In this document: in pieces, positions 48,704 through 62,770 of the stretch
Layout: each line of letters begins with the position of its first letter
How positions within the stretch are numbered: the first letter of the stretch is position 1
Assembly: GCF_964213995.1 (NCBI RefSeq)
Contig: NW_027590122.1
Location: 1,116,001-1,180,000 of the forward strand
DNA from: Mustelus asterias
Lineage: Eukaryota
Direction of reading: 5' to 3'
DNA length: 64,000 nt
Program-made: the position numbers and the translations under genes
Notes under the pieces: model-generated
The model's database searches: none
What the model saw: only the letters and a program-made list of their open reading frames with translations
What the model was told of the DNA's origin: nothing

Positions 48704-49689
48704 TTCGTTGGAAATGCATGCCAACTAATTATGTTTTCATTGTCATCCAAAGCTGATCACTCATCTGCAGTAAAAGGTGAAAATGTTGGAAAAGCTCAGA
48801 AAGTCAGAGAGCATGTGTGCACAGAGAAACAAATCTCATCTTTCATTTCTATCCCCTTTCATTGAAACTGGGAATGCTTAGAAATGTAAAACGTTTTGAA
48901 CAAATGAGATGCAGGAGGGACGAAACATAACATCCGGTCGAGTGAAAGTCAGGAGAGATGAGATGAGGAAAACAGAGAATCACGGAATGATTACACCACA
49001 GAATGAGGCCGTTCCGAAGTTCTTAGCAGGACTCACATGTGCTGTGGATGAAGGGGAACCGGTGGATGTACTGTACATAGATTACACTGGAGTGACAATG
49101 ATGAGGTTGGTGGATCTGGAGTTTTGAAAGTTCCACTCAGTAATATAGAAACATAGGAATAAGGAGCTCAGAAAGGCAAATTCAGCCCTTCGAGCCTGCT
49201 CCATCATTCCATCTGATCATGGCTGACGTCTCCCTGGTCTCAAATCCATTTCTGCATCTGTTCCTGATTTCCCTTTAACCATTTAAAAAAATGAGAACTA
49301 TGACTCTCTCTTTGTGGAACCATTTAATCCTTCAGACTCCACCGCGCCATAGGGCAGTGAGTTCCAGAGATTCACCCTCGTTGCGAGAAGTTCTTCCTCC
49401 TCATTTCAGGTTTGAATCTACCGCCTCTCAACCTATTCCCTTGACTTCTTCTTCTAGATTGCATCATAGAGGAAATATTTGGTCTACGTTTACTCTTTTA
49501 ATCCCGTTTAAACTTTTATAGACCTCAATCACTTCAGCACCTTGCGAGACTATTTCACCTCACAGTCGATTCCATATGCCAGCGAACTCAATGGGTGTTG
49601 TCATTGGCTCAAGGAGACATTTATGTCCCATCTAAACAGGTTATTCTGAAGGAAAATACGAGATGAAAATAATAAGAAAAGAGATTTAT

Positions 49690-49985
49690 TTTAAAAGTGC
49701 ATTTAGTCGTATTACAATTAGGCTTACACTGACATTAACAATGAAGTTGCTATGAAAATCACCTGGTCGCCATACGAGACTGGTTGTTTTGGTGAACTGC
49801 AGAAGAATTAGCATAGCCAATCCAACCACCATACACATATTTGGACTCTGGGAAAAAACTAGTGCACTCGCAGGAAACCCACACAAACACAGGGAGAACA
49901 TGCAGACTCCACACACACAGTGATCCAAGCCAGGAATCAAACGCTTGTCCTTCGTACTGTGAGGTAGCAGTGCCAATCACTAGAC
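49690..49985 (-). mobile_element. HE1/V-SINE, degenerate
   Basis: gtgtggagtctgcatgttctccctgtg core. Confidence 0.75.
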
Positions 49986-50277
49986 AACTATACCACGTAG
50001 GGTACGTCAGTTTGAAAAATGCAGTTCAGCCGTTACCCTTGGGGTCCAGTGGTTTGTGTTCAGTACCCCCAGGTTATGTTTGCTCTCAATTCCCGCTCAG
50101 GAAAAAAAGATTCATTGCTCTCAGAAAACGATTAAAGGTAATCTGATTTACTCTCTGATATAAAGCAGATCAGTAGTATCAGCAGGGTGAAGTTTGCAAG
50201 TTTACTTCAGAGCTGGAAATGTCACATGTGCAACATGTCAAGAACAAACACAGAAAGAGACGAACAGTAATAGGTTA

Positions 50278-50442
50278 TCATGAGGTGGAGCTGCTGGCGT
50301 TGGACTGGGATGGGCAGAGTAAGAAATCTAACAACACCAGGTTAAAGTCCAACAGATTTATTTGTAATCAAGAGCTCAAAGGAGCAACGTTCCCAAAGCT
50401 GGTGATTTCCTGTTGGACTTGAACCTGGTGATTGTGACACTT
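50278..50442. mobile_element. Penelope-terminus foldback insertion
   Basis: caccaggttaaagtccaacag / cctgttggacttgaacctggtg arms; degenerate cgaacagt..gtta duplication; absent from the paralog near 31985. Confidence 0.7.
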
Positions 50443-52089
50443 CGAACAGTGACATGTTACAAAGCGCTGAGGATAGAAATTGTGAGGTAAGGTAAAATCT
50501 GCATGATAATTGGTCAGATTATCACGGAATTATAAAACTTTGAAAATTATCTCACCCAGTAATGAACAATATTTGGAAATATTTCTGTCCGGTTTCGCAC
50601 CGTGGGAAACAAACGTGATAACTGCAGTGGAGCATTTATTGTCTGAACACATTCAATCATGGATGAAGATAAAATAACAAATAGAGTGTGGATAAATCAA
50701 ATTTTCAAACACGCTGTAAAATGCTTATCTGGTAGTTACAGTTTGACACTTTCACTGCTGATTTGATTGCAGGTCAGAAAATGAAGATTTATTGTTTTCA
50801 TCCAAACCGTGAAAACAAATATCAGTTATTTCCAGGAAGAACAGAGAAATCTCAGTCTCGCCTTCGGTGCCATTCTTTCTCCAGCGAAGACCCTGATCAA
50901 ATTCAAGAGGAATTTTTCTTTTCATTTCTGGCAGGAGATTGGGAACCAGAGGAGGTTAAAGAAAGTTTAGATGGTACCGACCCATCACTGCAGCTCATGG
51001 TGTTTCTGACTGGAGATGATTTCTGTTTGTTACACATTTCAGGAGTACGGGATTCAGTGAAGGAGCAGGTTCAAGCCTCCTGATGGCCTTTCCCAGCTCC
51101 GTTGCATCTCATGTAGTTCAGTAACAATACCAGTAAATAACAATTGTTATGCAGTTTAGCGTGGCCGCATGGGTTTGATACTCCAGCCTCTGCTGAAGCA
51201 TGGCTTCGCACCCCACCATTGTGAGAACTGTTGTGCGTGTTGGCCCTTGCAGCTTAAAGCAAAAATCTCATATTGCATGCGGGAGTGTGGGCGCTGTCGT
51301 TTTTGGCAGGAACAACGAGGAGGGACAGTACCAATGAAAGAGTTGTTGGGGTAAACGAGCGTGTGTGGAAACAGTGGAGTTGCTCCTATAGAGAGCACAC
51401 ACGGGAACACAGGCTAAATGACTGTATGTTGATATAAGCAACAGTATTGCAAGCAGTGAGACTGTGTTCCCGGCCAAGGGTTAAGGGCTGGATAAAAGCA
51501 AATTACTGCGGATCCTGGAACATTTGACCAACAGTCATCTGGACTCGAACCTTCAGCTCTTTTCTCTCCTTGCAGATGCTACCAGACCTGCTGAGATTTC
51601 CCAGTGTTTTCTCTTAAATTGCAGAGATTAAGGTGATGGATTCCGATTTTCTAACTGAAGTTTAAATCCTGCCATGCACGCTTCCCATCATTCCTCATTG
51701 TGACGATGTCTTGAGTGAAAGTTTTTGAATTAAAGCAATGGGTACAGAGATGATCATCTTATTACCAATGTCTCGCATCAGCTTCCCTGGGGGTACAATG
51801 ATCATAATTCGACATAATGGCCCCAGGTTCAATTCCCAGTCATGGAGTGAATAGCTTTTTGTTTACTTCTTCAGTTAATGAAAACACGACTCACAGAGTC
51901 TGTGAAGGGAGAAACAAGGTGAATCTTCCAGCTGGATGAAACTGTATCAGAGCTGGAAAAGTCAAAGATGTAACATTAACAAAAAAACTCAGGAATAATC
52001 ACATGACACAAATAAGATACACATATCACATTTTGCCACTTACAATTTGCATCTTTTAACTTCCTTCTCCTGTGACTGGGGGAAGTGCA

Positions 52090-53305
52090 ATTGATATGGG
52101 TTTTTTTTTGTTTTGGCAAATCCACTGAGAAGGTCCCACAAGGGAGGCTGATTGAAAATAAAGGAGCACTTGGAATTCAGGGAAACTGGGCGGAGATGGA
52201 TCTGAAAATGTCTTCATAATAGGACACATAGGTAGTGTTAGAAGGCTGTTCGAATGAATGGAGGGTAGTGCACAGTGGCCTACAATAGGGTTCAGTGTTG
52301 CATCGCTTTTTGTTTTTTACATACATAAATAACATAGATGATAATTTGAGGGGAATTATAAGCAAATTTGCAGCTGCCATCAACATTGTTAGAGTGCTTA
52401 ATATTGAAGACGAAAGCCCTATGTTAAAGGAAGATCTCTACGGTTGGTCAGATAGAAGGAACAATGGCAGATGGTGTATAAACCTGAAAAGTGCGAGGTG
52501 ATGCACTTTGGAAGAAATAACAACGCAGGCAAATATTTAATGAATAACAGGACATTAGGAAGCTCAGAGGAAGTTGTGGATTAGGGATACATAAACATAT
52601 CTCTGAAGGTGGCAGATCAGTTGAATAGGATAGTGAAGCAGGCATATGGGGCACTTGTTTTTATCAGTCGTGGTATCGAATATAAGGGCAATGAGTTAAG
52701 GTTGGAGTTGTACAGAGCGTTGGTTAGGCCACAGCTGGAGTACTCTGTGCAGTTCTGGTCATCTCACGAGAGGAAGGATGTGATTGCACGAACAGGGGAA
52801 CAGAACAGATTTACCAAGATCTTTCCTGGGACGGAACATTTGAGCTAAAAGGAGGGAGTGGATAGGGTTGGATTCTTTCCCTTTGAACAGAGAATGCTGA
52901 GGGAGTGCGGGGGGCTGATTGTGGTGTATAAGTTTGAGGTTCATGGACAGGGTGAACAGAAAGCACCTCTTCCCCTTGACAGGGTGAACAGAAAGCACCT
53001 CTTCCCCTTGGTGGAGGGGTTAATCATGAAGGGGCATAGTTTTCAGCTCAGAGGCAGGAGATTCAGCAGGTAAGTATTTTTTCACTAAGATGTTGGTGGG
53101 AATATGCAGTACACTGCCTGGGAAGTTCATGGAGGCAGGAAAACTTGCAAACTTTAAAACGTTTCTGGATGAACACTTGAAAAATCATAACATTCAACGA
53201 TATGGCACAACTGCTTGAAAATGGGATTAGCGCGATGCTAGTGGTAGTCATTGTCGTTGTACACTCTATGGGCCGAACTGTCTCTACTGCGCTGTACTAC
53301 TCTAT
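52090..53305 (+). mobile_element. Old CR1 RT and 3' end
   Basis: IISKFAA, LYRALVRPQLEYSVQFWS. Confidence 0.85.
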
Positions 53306-54506
53306 GCCAAAGCACATTTCACAAGGGGGGAGAAATGCAACATGTCCTCTGTCTGTGACCGATGCCTCTGCTGATGATCCGACCTATTGAGGAAAAAAAT
53401 GAACAGCCAAGCTGAGGAGAAAGTGTGGCAATGCCAGGGATGCGGGAAGGGATTCAAACAACATAAAATAGGGGGCAAGTAAAGAGGGAAAGAAAGTGAA
53501 AAAGAAACACGAAAGAAAGTAGGACAAAGATTAATATATCAATTGTTGAACTCAATTTTGATCCTTCAAGGCTATAAATTGTCTCCTTTTCATTTCGTAA
53601 TAAGCTGTTACTTTTCTATCTGTTCCCAGTTGAGACGAAAGTTCACACAGCTATCACTTCATCATGTTTCTCTCTTCACAGAGGCAAGTCTGACCTGCCG
53701 GGTACATTACATTCATTGTTTTATTGTCCAGTTTAGTGCGGATTGAAAATGAGAAGCTTCTTTAATTCAGAATAGTAACTGCATTGAGTGTTCTGACTTG
53801 AAACAAAATAAGCTGTACTCATGAGCGGGAGAAACATTTTCAGATTTGATAATGTCAGTTAATACGAGTTTAAAGAGTTAGGACGTTGTATTAGCATATT
53901 TTCAATCCAGCAGAACTATTCCTGAATCGAGGGAATTTTGGGATATTCCAACCAATATATTGGTCGCCGTTCCCATTTCGGTTCAGTTGCAAGACGGCCT
54001 CATTGCACAGGTCCCACCGTCTCCCAAAACAGTCCCAGTGTCCTAGACCTCCGAAGCCCTCACAGCTGCATCCATTCTCCAGAGAGCATTCTTCTGGACT
54101 AACCCTCTATTTCTAAACTCACTAACGCGTGGCACTGTAGTAATCCAGAGATGACTACATTTTGGGTCTTTTTATCTCGTCTACTTCCTAGCTTCCTGTA
54201 ATCTGATTGCAGGATTTCCGCGCTTGTTGTATTATTTAGATGATATCAATATTTACCACGATTTCTGTATGCCAACCACCAACCCGTCCCCCCCCCCCCC
54301 TCCCCGTCCCTCCGTCCGTCCGTCCTCACAACCCCTCCACCTTCATACAACGTTGCAATCGTTTCGTGATATTCTGACCCTGGCATTAGGGAGGCAACAT
54401 ACCATCACAGAAATGGTAAGTCTTCTCTTCTTACAATTGAATCCCTTCCTTTATTACAATGTCATTCTTCCGCCTCCCCTATTGTGCAGCAGACCCATGC
54501 ATGTTA

Positions 54507-56130
54507 ATAAGAACATAAGAACATAAGAAATAGGAGCAGGAGTAGGCCATCTAGCCCCTCGAGCCTGCCCCGCCATTCAATAAGATCATGGCTGATCTGA
54601 CGTGGATCAGTACCACTTACCCGCCTGATCCCCATAACCCTTAATTCCCTTACCGATCAGGAATCCATCCATCCGCGCTTTAAACATATTCAGCGAGGTA
54701 GCCTCCACCACCTCAGTGGGCAGAGAATTCCCGAGATTCACCACCCTCTGGGAGAAGAAGTTCCTCCTCAACTCTGTCTTAATCCGACCCCCCTTTATTT
54801 TGAGGCTGTGTCCTCTAGTTTTAACTTCCTTACTAAGTGGAAAGAATCTCTCCGCCTCCACCCTATCCAGCCCCCGCATTATCTTATAAGTCTCCATAAG
54901 ATCCCCCCTCATCCTTCTAAACTCCAACGAGTACAAACCCAATCTCCTCAGCCTCTCCTCATAATCCAAACCCCTCATCTCCGGTATCAACCTGGTGAAC
55001 CTTCTCTGCACTCCCTCCAATGCCAATATATCCTTCCTCATATAAGGGGATCAATACTGCACACAGCATTCCAGCTGCGGCCTCACCAATGCCCTGTACA
55101 GGTGCATCAAGACATCCCTGCTTTTATATTCTATCCCCCTCGCAATATAGGCCAACATCCCATTTGCCTTCTTGATCACCTGTTGTACCTGCAGACTGGG
55201 CTTTTGCGTCTCATGCACAAGGACCCCCAGGTCCCTTTGCACGGTAGCATGTTTTAATTTGTTTCCATTGAGATAGTAATCCCATTTGTTATTATTTCCT
55301 CCAAAGTGTATAACCTCGCATTTATCAACGTTATACTCCATTTGCCATATCCTCGCCCACTCACTCAGCCTGTCCAAATCTCTCTGCAGATCTTCTCCGT
55401 CCTCCACACGATCCACTTTTCCACTTATCTTTGTGTCGTCTGCAAACTTCGTTACCCTACACTCCGTCCCCTCCTCCAGAGCATCTATATAAATGGTAAA
55501 CAGTTGCGGCCCGAGTACCGATCCCTGCGGCACGCCACTAGTTACCTTCCTCCAACCGGAAAAACACCCATTTATTCCGACTCTTTGCTTCCTGTCGGAT
55601 AGCCAGTCCCCAATCCACTTTAACACACTACCCCCAACTCCGTGTGCCCTAATCTTCTTCAGCAGCCTTTTATGGGGCACCTTATCAAACGCCTTTTGGA
55701 AATCCAAAAACACCGCATCCACCGGTTCTCCTCCATCAACCGCCCTAGTCACATCTTCATAAAAATCCAACATGTTCGTCAAGCACGACTTTCCCCTCAT
55801 GAATCCATGCTGCGTCTGATTGATCGAACCATTTCTATCCAGATGCCCTGCTATCTCCTCTTTAATAATGGATTCCAGCATTTTCCCTACTACAGACGTT
55901 AAGCTGACCGGCCTATAGTTACCCGCCTTTTGTCTCCTTCCTTTTTTAAACAGCGGCGTAACATTAGCCGTTTTCCAATCAACCGGCACTACCCCAGAAT
56001 GCAACGAGTTTTGATAAATAATCACTAACGCATCCACTATTACCTCTGACATTTCTTTCAATACCCTGGGATGCATTCCATCCGGACCCGGGGACTTGTC
56101 CACCTTCAGTCCCATTAGTCTACCCAGCAC
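54507..56130 (-). mobile_element. Young 5'-truncated CR1 with nearly intact RT
   Basis: 374-aa ORF with KSPGPDG, NYRPVSL, GVPQG, FADD; one break near 55050; (taagaaca)n tail. Confidence 0.95.
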
Positions 56131-57388
56131 TGTTACCATGACGTTGACTGTCACTGTCTTCCCCGGCACAGTCACCGCTCCCCCCCCCCGAAAAAAAAGT
56201 AGCCAAAACGTTGCATCTGCGAAATGCCCACAGGCGACACCTGAATTACCTTCCTTCCTCTACTCCACCTATTGGTCACCCACGGGCTTTCTGCCTTTTC
56301 AACTTTCACCTGCGGTGTGATCACTCACCAAACGTGCTATCGACGACTTGCTCAGCAATATGGATGCTCCACACTGAAACTCCCTTTAGCCTCAGCTTCG
56401 AAATGTTATTAGCTAGTAGATACATTTGGACACACTTCCTGAACACGTGGTCACCAGGGACACCTGAAGCTTCCACTGTTGCCACATATAACAGTAGATG
56501 CTCTCCTGCCATGATTACCCTTAAGACCATCTCTGTAGCCCCCAACCGCTCCACGCCCCACCCCACCCCCCCCCCTCCCGCCCAATCATACACACACAAC
56601 AAAATCACAACAATGCATCAATTGACTACCTGGACACGTAAGCTGGCAATCGCAGTTTGCATGTTGTGTGTCGGATTCATGGTCGTATGCTGATAAATAC
56701 GGTAATAGGATGTATCAAAATGACTGAATATGCAGCGCACATTTCCTTACAGTGTAGAATTTGAATACAAAATTCAGCACAAACATGCCTTCTGATCCTC
56801 ACTGTGATTGCTGGCCCAGAAAGATATTGGCTAATCTATTACTTTTGCTCATGATCCTTGAACGAGTGAGTAGTTCTGGCAATTTTCACAGTTTTATTTC
56901 ATTGATGTTGTGCGATTTTCCGCTCATATTTATTCCCCTCATTGGGGACGCCTCGTTCCGCAAGTTTTGTTCTTGGATCAAAGAATGTTCCGAGTCCATG
57001 TAATGGAACATCAAACTGAATTGTCTCTGTCAGAACGGCATGTCTGGAGAAGGGTTTTTATTTCCCCCCGAAACAGTACCCTTGGCTGATGAATATAATC
57101 AGAAGAAAATTGAAATGTTAATAGCCTGGGGACAGTTAGGGGAGGAAATAAATCTCTGAACATTCCCCCAGTTTAATTTTGCTCACGAAATGCGGTCCAT
57201 CGCGAAATTTCCGTAGATGAGTGAATAAGAGCATCGCGTTTTTATTTATATATCTGTGTGAGTGTGCTGTCTGTATGTGTGTGTCTGTTTGTGTGTGTGT
57301 CTGTGTTTGTCTGTGTGTCTGACTACGCCGGACTATGTGTGTATGTTTGTGGTTCTTTGTTTGTGTTCCTGTGTATTTGTGAGTTTAG

Positions 57389-58048
57389 GACATAGGAACA
57401 TAAGATCTAGGATCAGGGGTATGCCATCTGGTCCCTCGAACCTGCTCCGCCATTCCATAAGATCATGGCTGATCTTTTTGTCGACTCAGCTCCACTTACC
57501 CGCCCGCTCATCATAGCCCTGAATTCCTTTACAGTTCAAAAATGTATCTATCCTTGCCTTAAAAACATTCAATGAGGTAGACTCAATTGCTTCACTGGGC
57601 AGGGAATTCCGCAGATTCACAACCCTTTGTGAAGAAGTTCCTCCTCAACTCAGTCCTAAATCTGCTCCCCCTTATTTAAGGCCATGCCCCCGAGTTCTAG
57701 TTTCACCTGCCAGTGGAAACAACTTCCTTGCTTCTATTTTATTAATTCCCTTCATAATCTTACATGTTTCAATAAGCTCTCCCCTCATTCTTCTGAATTC
57801 CAATGAGTATAGTCTACTCAGTCTCTCCTCATAAGCCAAACCTCTCAACTGCGGGATCAACCTAGTGAATCACCTCCAGTGCCAGTATATCCTTTCTCAA
57901 GTAAGGAGACCAAAACTGTACACAGTTTTCCAGGTGTGGCCTCACCAGCAACTTATACAGCTGCAACATAACCTAGCTGTTTTTAAACTCCATCCCTCTA
58001 GCAAGGAAGGACAAAATTCCATTTGCCTTCTTAGTTACCTGCTGCACC
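57389..58048 (-). mobile_element. CR1 3' end, flanked by GT-rich repeats
   Basis: YEERLSRLYSLEFRRMRG; 3' UTR. Confidence 0.9.
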
Positions 58049-58157
58049 TGTGTGTGTCTGTGTGTAACTGTACCTATTTTTCTGTGTAAGAGAGAACCTG
58101 TGTGGTGAGAGGGAGAATATGTGGCTGTGATTGTGTGTGTGTGTGTGTGTGTGTGTG

Positions 58158-58443
58158 GACACAGTGGTGTTGTCCTGTCACTACCCCGTCACATACACAG
58201 CAGCTTACCATTACTGGTCCGTACAGTACTCGGGATAAGGCCTTCAGTACATGTTGCACAGACACACTGCTGGAATGAAGAGAATGCGCCGGCATTTGCA
58301 CAGAGGTATTCTGCCGTATAGGATAAAATGAACACAAACATCCCTTTGAACATCACAGACACTCAGCTTTTTGACTCAGCCGTGTATTACTGCGCGGCGA
58401 TGAAGCACCACGTGACTTAGAGCCTGAACACTCAAATAAAACT
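58158..58443 (+). pseudogene. TCR alpha/delta V pseudogene with decayed RSS
   Basis: DTVVLSCHY..YHYWSVQYSG*GLQYML../..RYSAV*..LNITDTQLFDSAVYYCAAMK; 5' end replaced by (GT)n. Confidence 0.85.
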
Positions 58444-59525
58444 AACGGTTCCAGGTGATGTGTGATATTACTGCGTGGTGGATCTGTTAACACGCTCTTT
58501 CGGTGAATGTGTGCAGACGCGATTGGCCGAATGACCGCCTTCTGCACTGCAGGGATCGCATAAATTCTATGGATCCCTCATTGTCCTGGAAGTAAATGAC
58601 TTGCTATTGGGTTCAGAGAGCAATTAAGGGTCAATATGGGCTTGCATGTCGGTCAGGTTAGGTAAAGATGACGATGACCTCCCCTGACGCCCTGAGGGAC
58701 ATTGCTGAAGAAGTTCATCCTTCATGGCAAACGATGAAAATTCATGATCACCATTACTGATGTTAATTTTCAATCACAGACTGTGAATTTAACGTTTACC
58801 ATTTTCCAATGTTAGAATTGAATCAAATGATGTAGAAAATTAACGTGGGCCTCTGACTAATTAGCGGAGTGACGTTCACACAGCCCACTGTCTCCTCTAA
58901 AAGGGATGTTATTTTCTAGACATTGCAACAGTGACTGCATTGCAAAAGTACCACATTGGTTGTAACATGCTTTAGGATAACTGGCGGTCCTGAAATTTAG
59001 TTGCCTTCAGTTTCCAATTCTCGAAAATGGCTAACCCTTTAAGGATTCATCTGAGGAATTTGCTGCTGATGATGAACATTATATCTCGCTGAAGGTTTTT
59101 CTTAGTCTCCAACGCTCATGTTACCTGAAACTGTCCTTAAAGTGTTGGTGTTTCACCTACCCGATCAAATGATTTCCTCTTGTCTGTTCTCATCTTAATT
59201 AGTCCACTTTATTTTTCAATTGCTTCAAATTGAATTGGATAATCTGATCTTCAGAATGAACTTGGAGTGGAAACCCGTGGTCTCAGCAGCATTTACAGCA
59301 GCTGAATATTTTTCTATTAATCATCTTCAGCAGAGAATTACACACCCTTACATTCAGTCACTGTTTCTATCAGGAGTCAGATGTGGATGAGAAAATGCCG
59401 TTAGAACCAGAAGCGCACCTCTATCTGACTGAGGTGACTCGGACCGCAACTGCCAATCTCAAGTTAGAGCAGCCGTGAGAAGCTCCAGCTCCCGAGGTAG
59501 CTTTATAATAACGTTAACGGTTAAA

Positions 59526-59950
59526 ATGAGAACATTGCAGTTTTTTTCTCAAGGAATCTTCATTCAGGTAAAAGTGACAGAGTGAGCATTTCATTCAGTT
59601 TTGCAGGTTATGGTCACAGCGAGGATGTCAGGTAAAAAAAAGAATATTCTGCTGAACAAGTGCGAACTGATAATGTAGCAGAATTGCCCATAAGTGAAAC
59701 TGCAAACTTATAAATCCCTTCTATTTGGTGTAAAATTAATCAGGAATTAAAAAATCCTACATGAACTAAACAGTGACAAAAGGTCCGTTGTTTATGATAT
59801 ATTCCCTGCAAGTTATCAATTTGTGTCACATTCTGTGTTCGCTATGTCATACATACGACATTAACGAACTTCAAAATATTGCATTTAAATTAAAGTAATC
59901 AGAAGTTTCAGCAATGTCAGTGATTATTGTGCGCTCACACGTACTCAGTG
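59526..59950 (+). pseudogene. Possible highly decayed V gene relic
   Basis: Leader-like MRTLQFF, acceptor ttttgcag, GYGHSEDV, and YCALTR followed by ctcagtg ~335 nt later; many stops, no nonamer. Confidence 0.3.
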
Positions 59951-60225
59951 TGTGAATCGCGGCATTGTACAGTGATGCCATTGAATGATGAATGTTACTT
60001 CCTTCTGAATATCGTTATCCCGTTTTAAATTTCAAACTTTGCAGTTTGTGCCATTGGAACTGTTATAAAACGATTGTGGAAGATTGGCGACTGTGCCCTA
60101 CGCCAAACATTGAATGTCAGGACACATGGGCGGGGTTAGGAGAAAGAGACATCGAGCCTCAGCACGGGTCCAACCAGCGGTCAAGCATTGCCAGCGTCTG
60201 GCAAGAGAGATAAAGACAGACAGCA

Positions 60226-60677
60226 ATGCGGTTATTCGGTATCTGTGCCATGTTTGGAGCATTTATTACAGGTCGTTATTTTGGGTGCAATTTTGAACTG
60301 AAAGTGCGCAGTACTTGATATGTCATAACGGTTTAATGTTTTTAATGACTTTGTTTTCCATTTCATCCAGGTTTTAGTCAGAAATTCTCTGTTACCCAAC
60401 GCCGTCGAACAGTAAATAGGACAGAAGGAGGCATTACAACTCTAAACTGCATCTACGTCACGACAGAAAATACCTTCAGTTTATTCTGGGTCTGGCAATT
60501 CCCTGGGAGAGAACAACAAATACTAATTCGCAAATGTTTGGCTGGTTCCGAAATTAAAGCGGATTTTGTTCGAAGCCGTTTCTCCTCTGGGCTGAACAGT
60601 TCGAGTGGAATCTTTATCTTAACCGTCTCCAAACTGCGGCTCTCTGATACAGCCATGTACTACTGCGTGCTGATTCT
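60226..60677 (+). CDS. TCR alpha/delta V gene, open frame; leader 60226-60271, V exon 60371-60677
   Basis: MRLFGICAMFGAFITG-FSQKFSVTQ..TTLNCIY..LFWVWQFPG..RFSSGLNSSSGIFILTVSKLRLSDTAMYYCVLI; GT-AG 99-nt intron. Confidence 0.88.
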
Positions 60678-60716
60678 CACAACTATACCAACCTGTTCAA
60701 AACTCGCACAATAACT
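60678..60716 (+). other. 23-spacer RSS with non-consensus heptamer
   Basis: CACAACT-23 nt-ACAATAACT. Confidence 0.8.
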
Positions 60717-61184
60717 GGAGGGTATGTGACATGGAGCTGAGCTCGACCTGCGGCTGGGCAGACGCACAAAATGAGAGGAACATTAATGGATATACGATGT
60801 GATGCAATTGTCACAGGAGCATTTCAGAAATATTTTCATTGCAAACAATATCGGAATCCCTATCGAATCAGCCACTGAAGCTGTTCTGTACAGTGGATTG
60901 AGTTCGATATTCTTTTTCCCCAGCCAGCAATCCAAAGTCAAATTAAGATCTATGAGGCAAGAAATGAAGCGAAATGCTTAAAATGTTTTTTTTTCAATCT
61001 AAGGGAGCGATTGATTTTATATATGTTTCAATTAATAATGACGTTTCTTCGATTAAGCTAAGACTGTGTGAGCAACCTCCAAATAAATTGGAAGCATTTC
61101 AAGGCGGTTATGGAAGTTCAGTTCACTCGCGGTCAGATTTCCTGGTTCGATGGTTGCTTCATTGGCCAGTAATGTTACAGCAGT

Positions 61185-61448
61185 AAGTTTGCACGTTCTC
61201 CCCGTCCCTGCGTGGGTTTCCTCCGGGTGCTCCGGGTTCGTCCCACAAAGACGTACAGGCTTGGTGGATTAGCCATGGTAATCTGGACCCCATTGTCCCA
61301 AGATTTATCATGTGTGGGGTTTCTGGGTTGCGGCGGGGCGGGGTCTCTGTCAGGGAGTTCTTGCATTGGAAAGATTCTCTTTCAAATTCGGTGCATCCCC
61401 AATGGGACCAGTGCCCTCCCTTTGCTCTGTATGGCGACTATGATTATA
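61185..61448 (+). mobile_element. HE1/V-SINE fragment
   Basis: gtttgcacgttctccccgt..ggtttcctccgggtgctccgg core. Confidence 0.8.
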
Positions 61449-61726
61449 TGAACGCCGTAATTGACAGCTCAGCAAAGTCAAAAGACGCGATCGGCTGAAC
61501 AGCCGTTTCAGTGTCACTATGACGGGCTACTTGCCCCTGTGAAACTTGACGATTTCTGCTAATACGGCTTTGGATGAAATGAAATGCTGTTGATTTGAGA
61601 GCAGTGTCTTCTGAGTTTTTGGCATATTAATGTCGGCGCATAACAACACATTGTTGTCACACTTTTTCATTGAATGAAAAAGGTCAAATGCTTTAAGTGA
61701 CCGTTTGCAGCGGGCTTCTGGGTTTT

Positions 61727-61799
61727 GGCTTCACTGGTGTAATGATGAGCATCCTGGACTCTGAATCCAGCGATCCGAGTTCAAACCTCGGTGGAAATT
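61727..61799 (+). pseudogene. tRNA-Gln(CTG), acceptor stem damaged
   Basis: ctggactCTGaatccagcgatccgagttcaaacctcgg intact. Confidence 0.75.
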
Positions 61800-62201
61800 T
61801 GTTTTGCTAAAGTCGGTGATTGGTTTGCCGAAGGACATTTTATTTAAAATTCTCAGAAAGTGGAATTTTAAACACTGAGGAAATCTCAGCAAATCCCACC
61901 GAAATCACATTGCAGACGATGCAGCGAATGACTCTCCTGGTGTCATTGCATCATCCCCAGCGAACGACTGCACAAGAATGCAAAGCTTTCAGAGGCCGAG
62001 AAGCCACAGTTGGCAGAGGGTCCACCTACAGGTGTCATTCACTCACTCATCTGTCCCAATTTAAACAAGAGCTGGGACGATGTGAATAGTCCCTCCTCAG
62101 AAATTCCAACTCGGATTGCTGAATTCAAAGCCCAGAGTGCTAACCTTCATAACATTAAACTGACAGGACTCTGCCTCAGGCATGAGGACTTCCTCCCAAA
62201 A

Positions 62202-62770
62202 ACACGCGCACACACACACCACACACACACACACACACATACACACACACACACACGCACAGATAACGGGGTTCATACAGATACAGCGGCACACACAGGT
62301 GCAGGGGCACTCACGGATCGAGGGCCACACACAGATGCAGGAGCACGCACGCAACACAGATACTGGGGCATACAGAGATTCAGGGGGCACACACCAATTC
62401 AGGGGCACGCACAGCGAAAGTGGGGCAAACACAGACTCAGGGCATATGCAGATGCAGGGGCATACAAAGATGCAGGCGCACACACACGATACTGGGACAT
62501 ACACAGATACAAGGGCACACACAGAATCAGGAGCATGCACACAGAGATGCTGGGGCATAAACAGATACAAGGGCACAAACAGAATAAGGGGCATAGGCAC
62601 AGAGATGCTGGAGCATACATAGACACAGGGGCATACAAAGAATCAGGGGCAAACACACAAAGATAGTGGGGCGTACACAGATACAGGGGCTTACCCAGAT
62701 TCAGGGGCGTACAAAGCGATACAGGGGCATCATCGGAGATAGAGGCGCACAGTGATGTGACCACAGATGC
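62202..62770. repeat. (CA)n grading into a ~16-20-bp minisatellite (cacacagatacaggggca)
   Basis: More than 20 degenerate units. Confidence 0.85.

Noticed and set aside
56761-57240. Possible exon in unique sequence
   Set aside because: No sustained frame or recognisable domain
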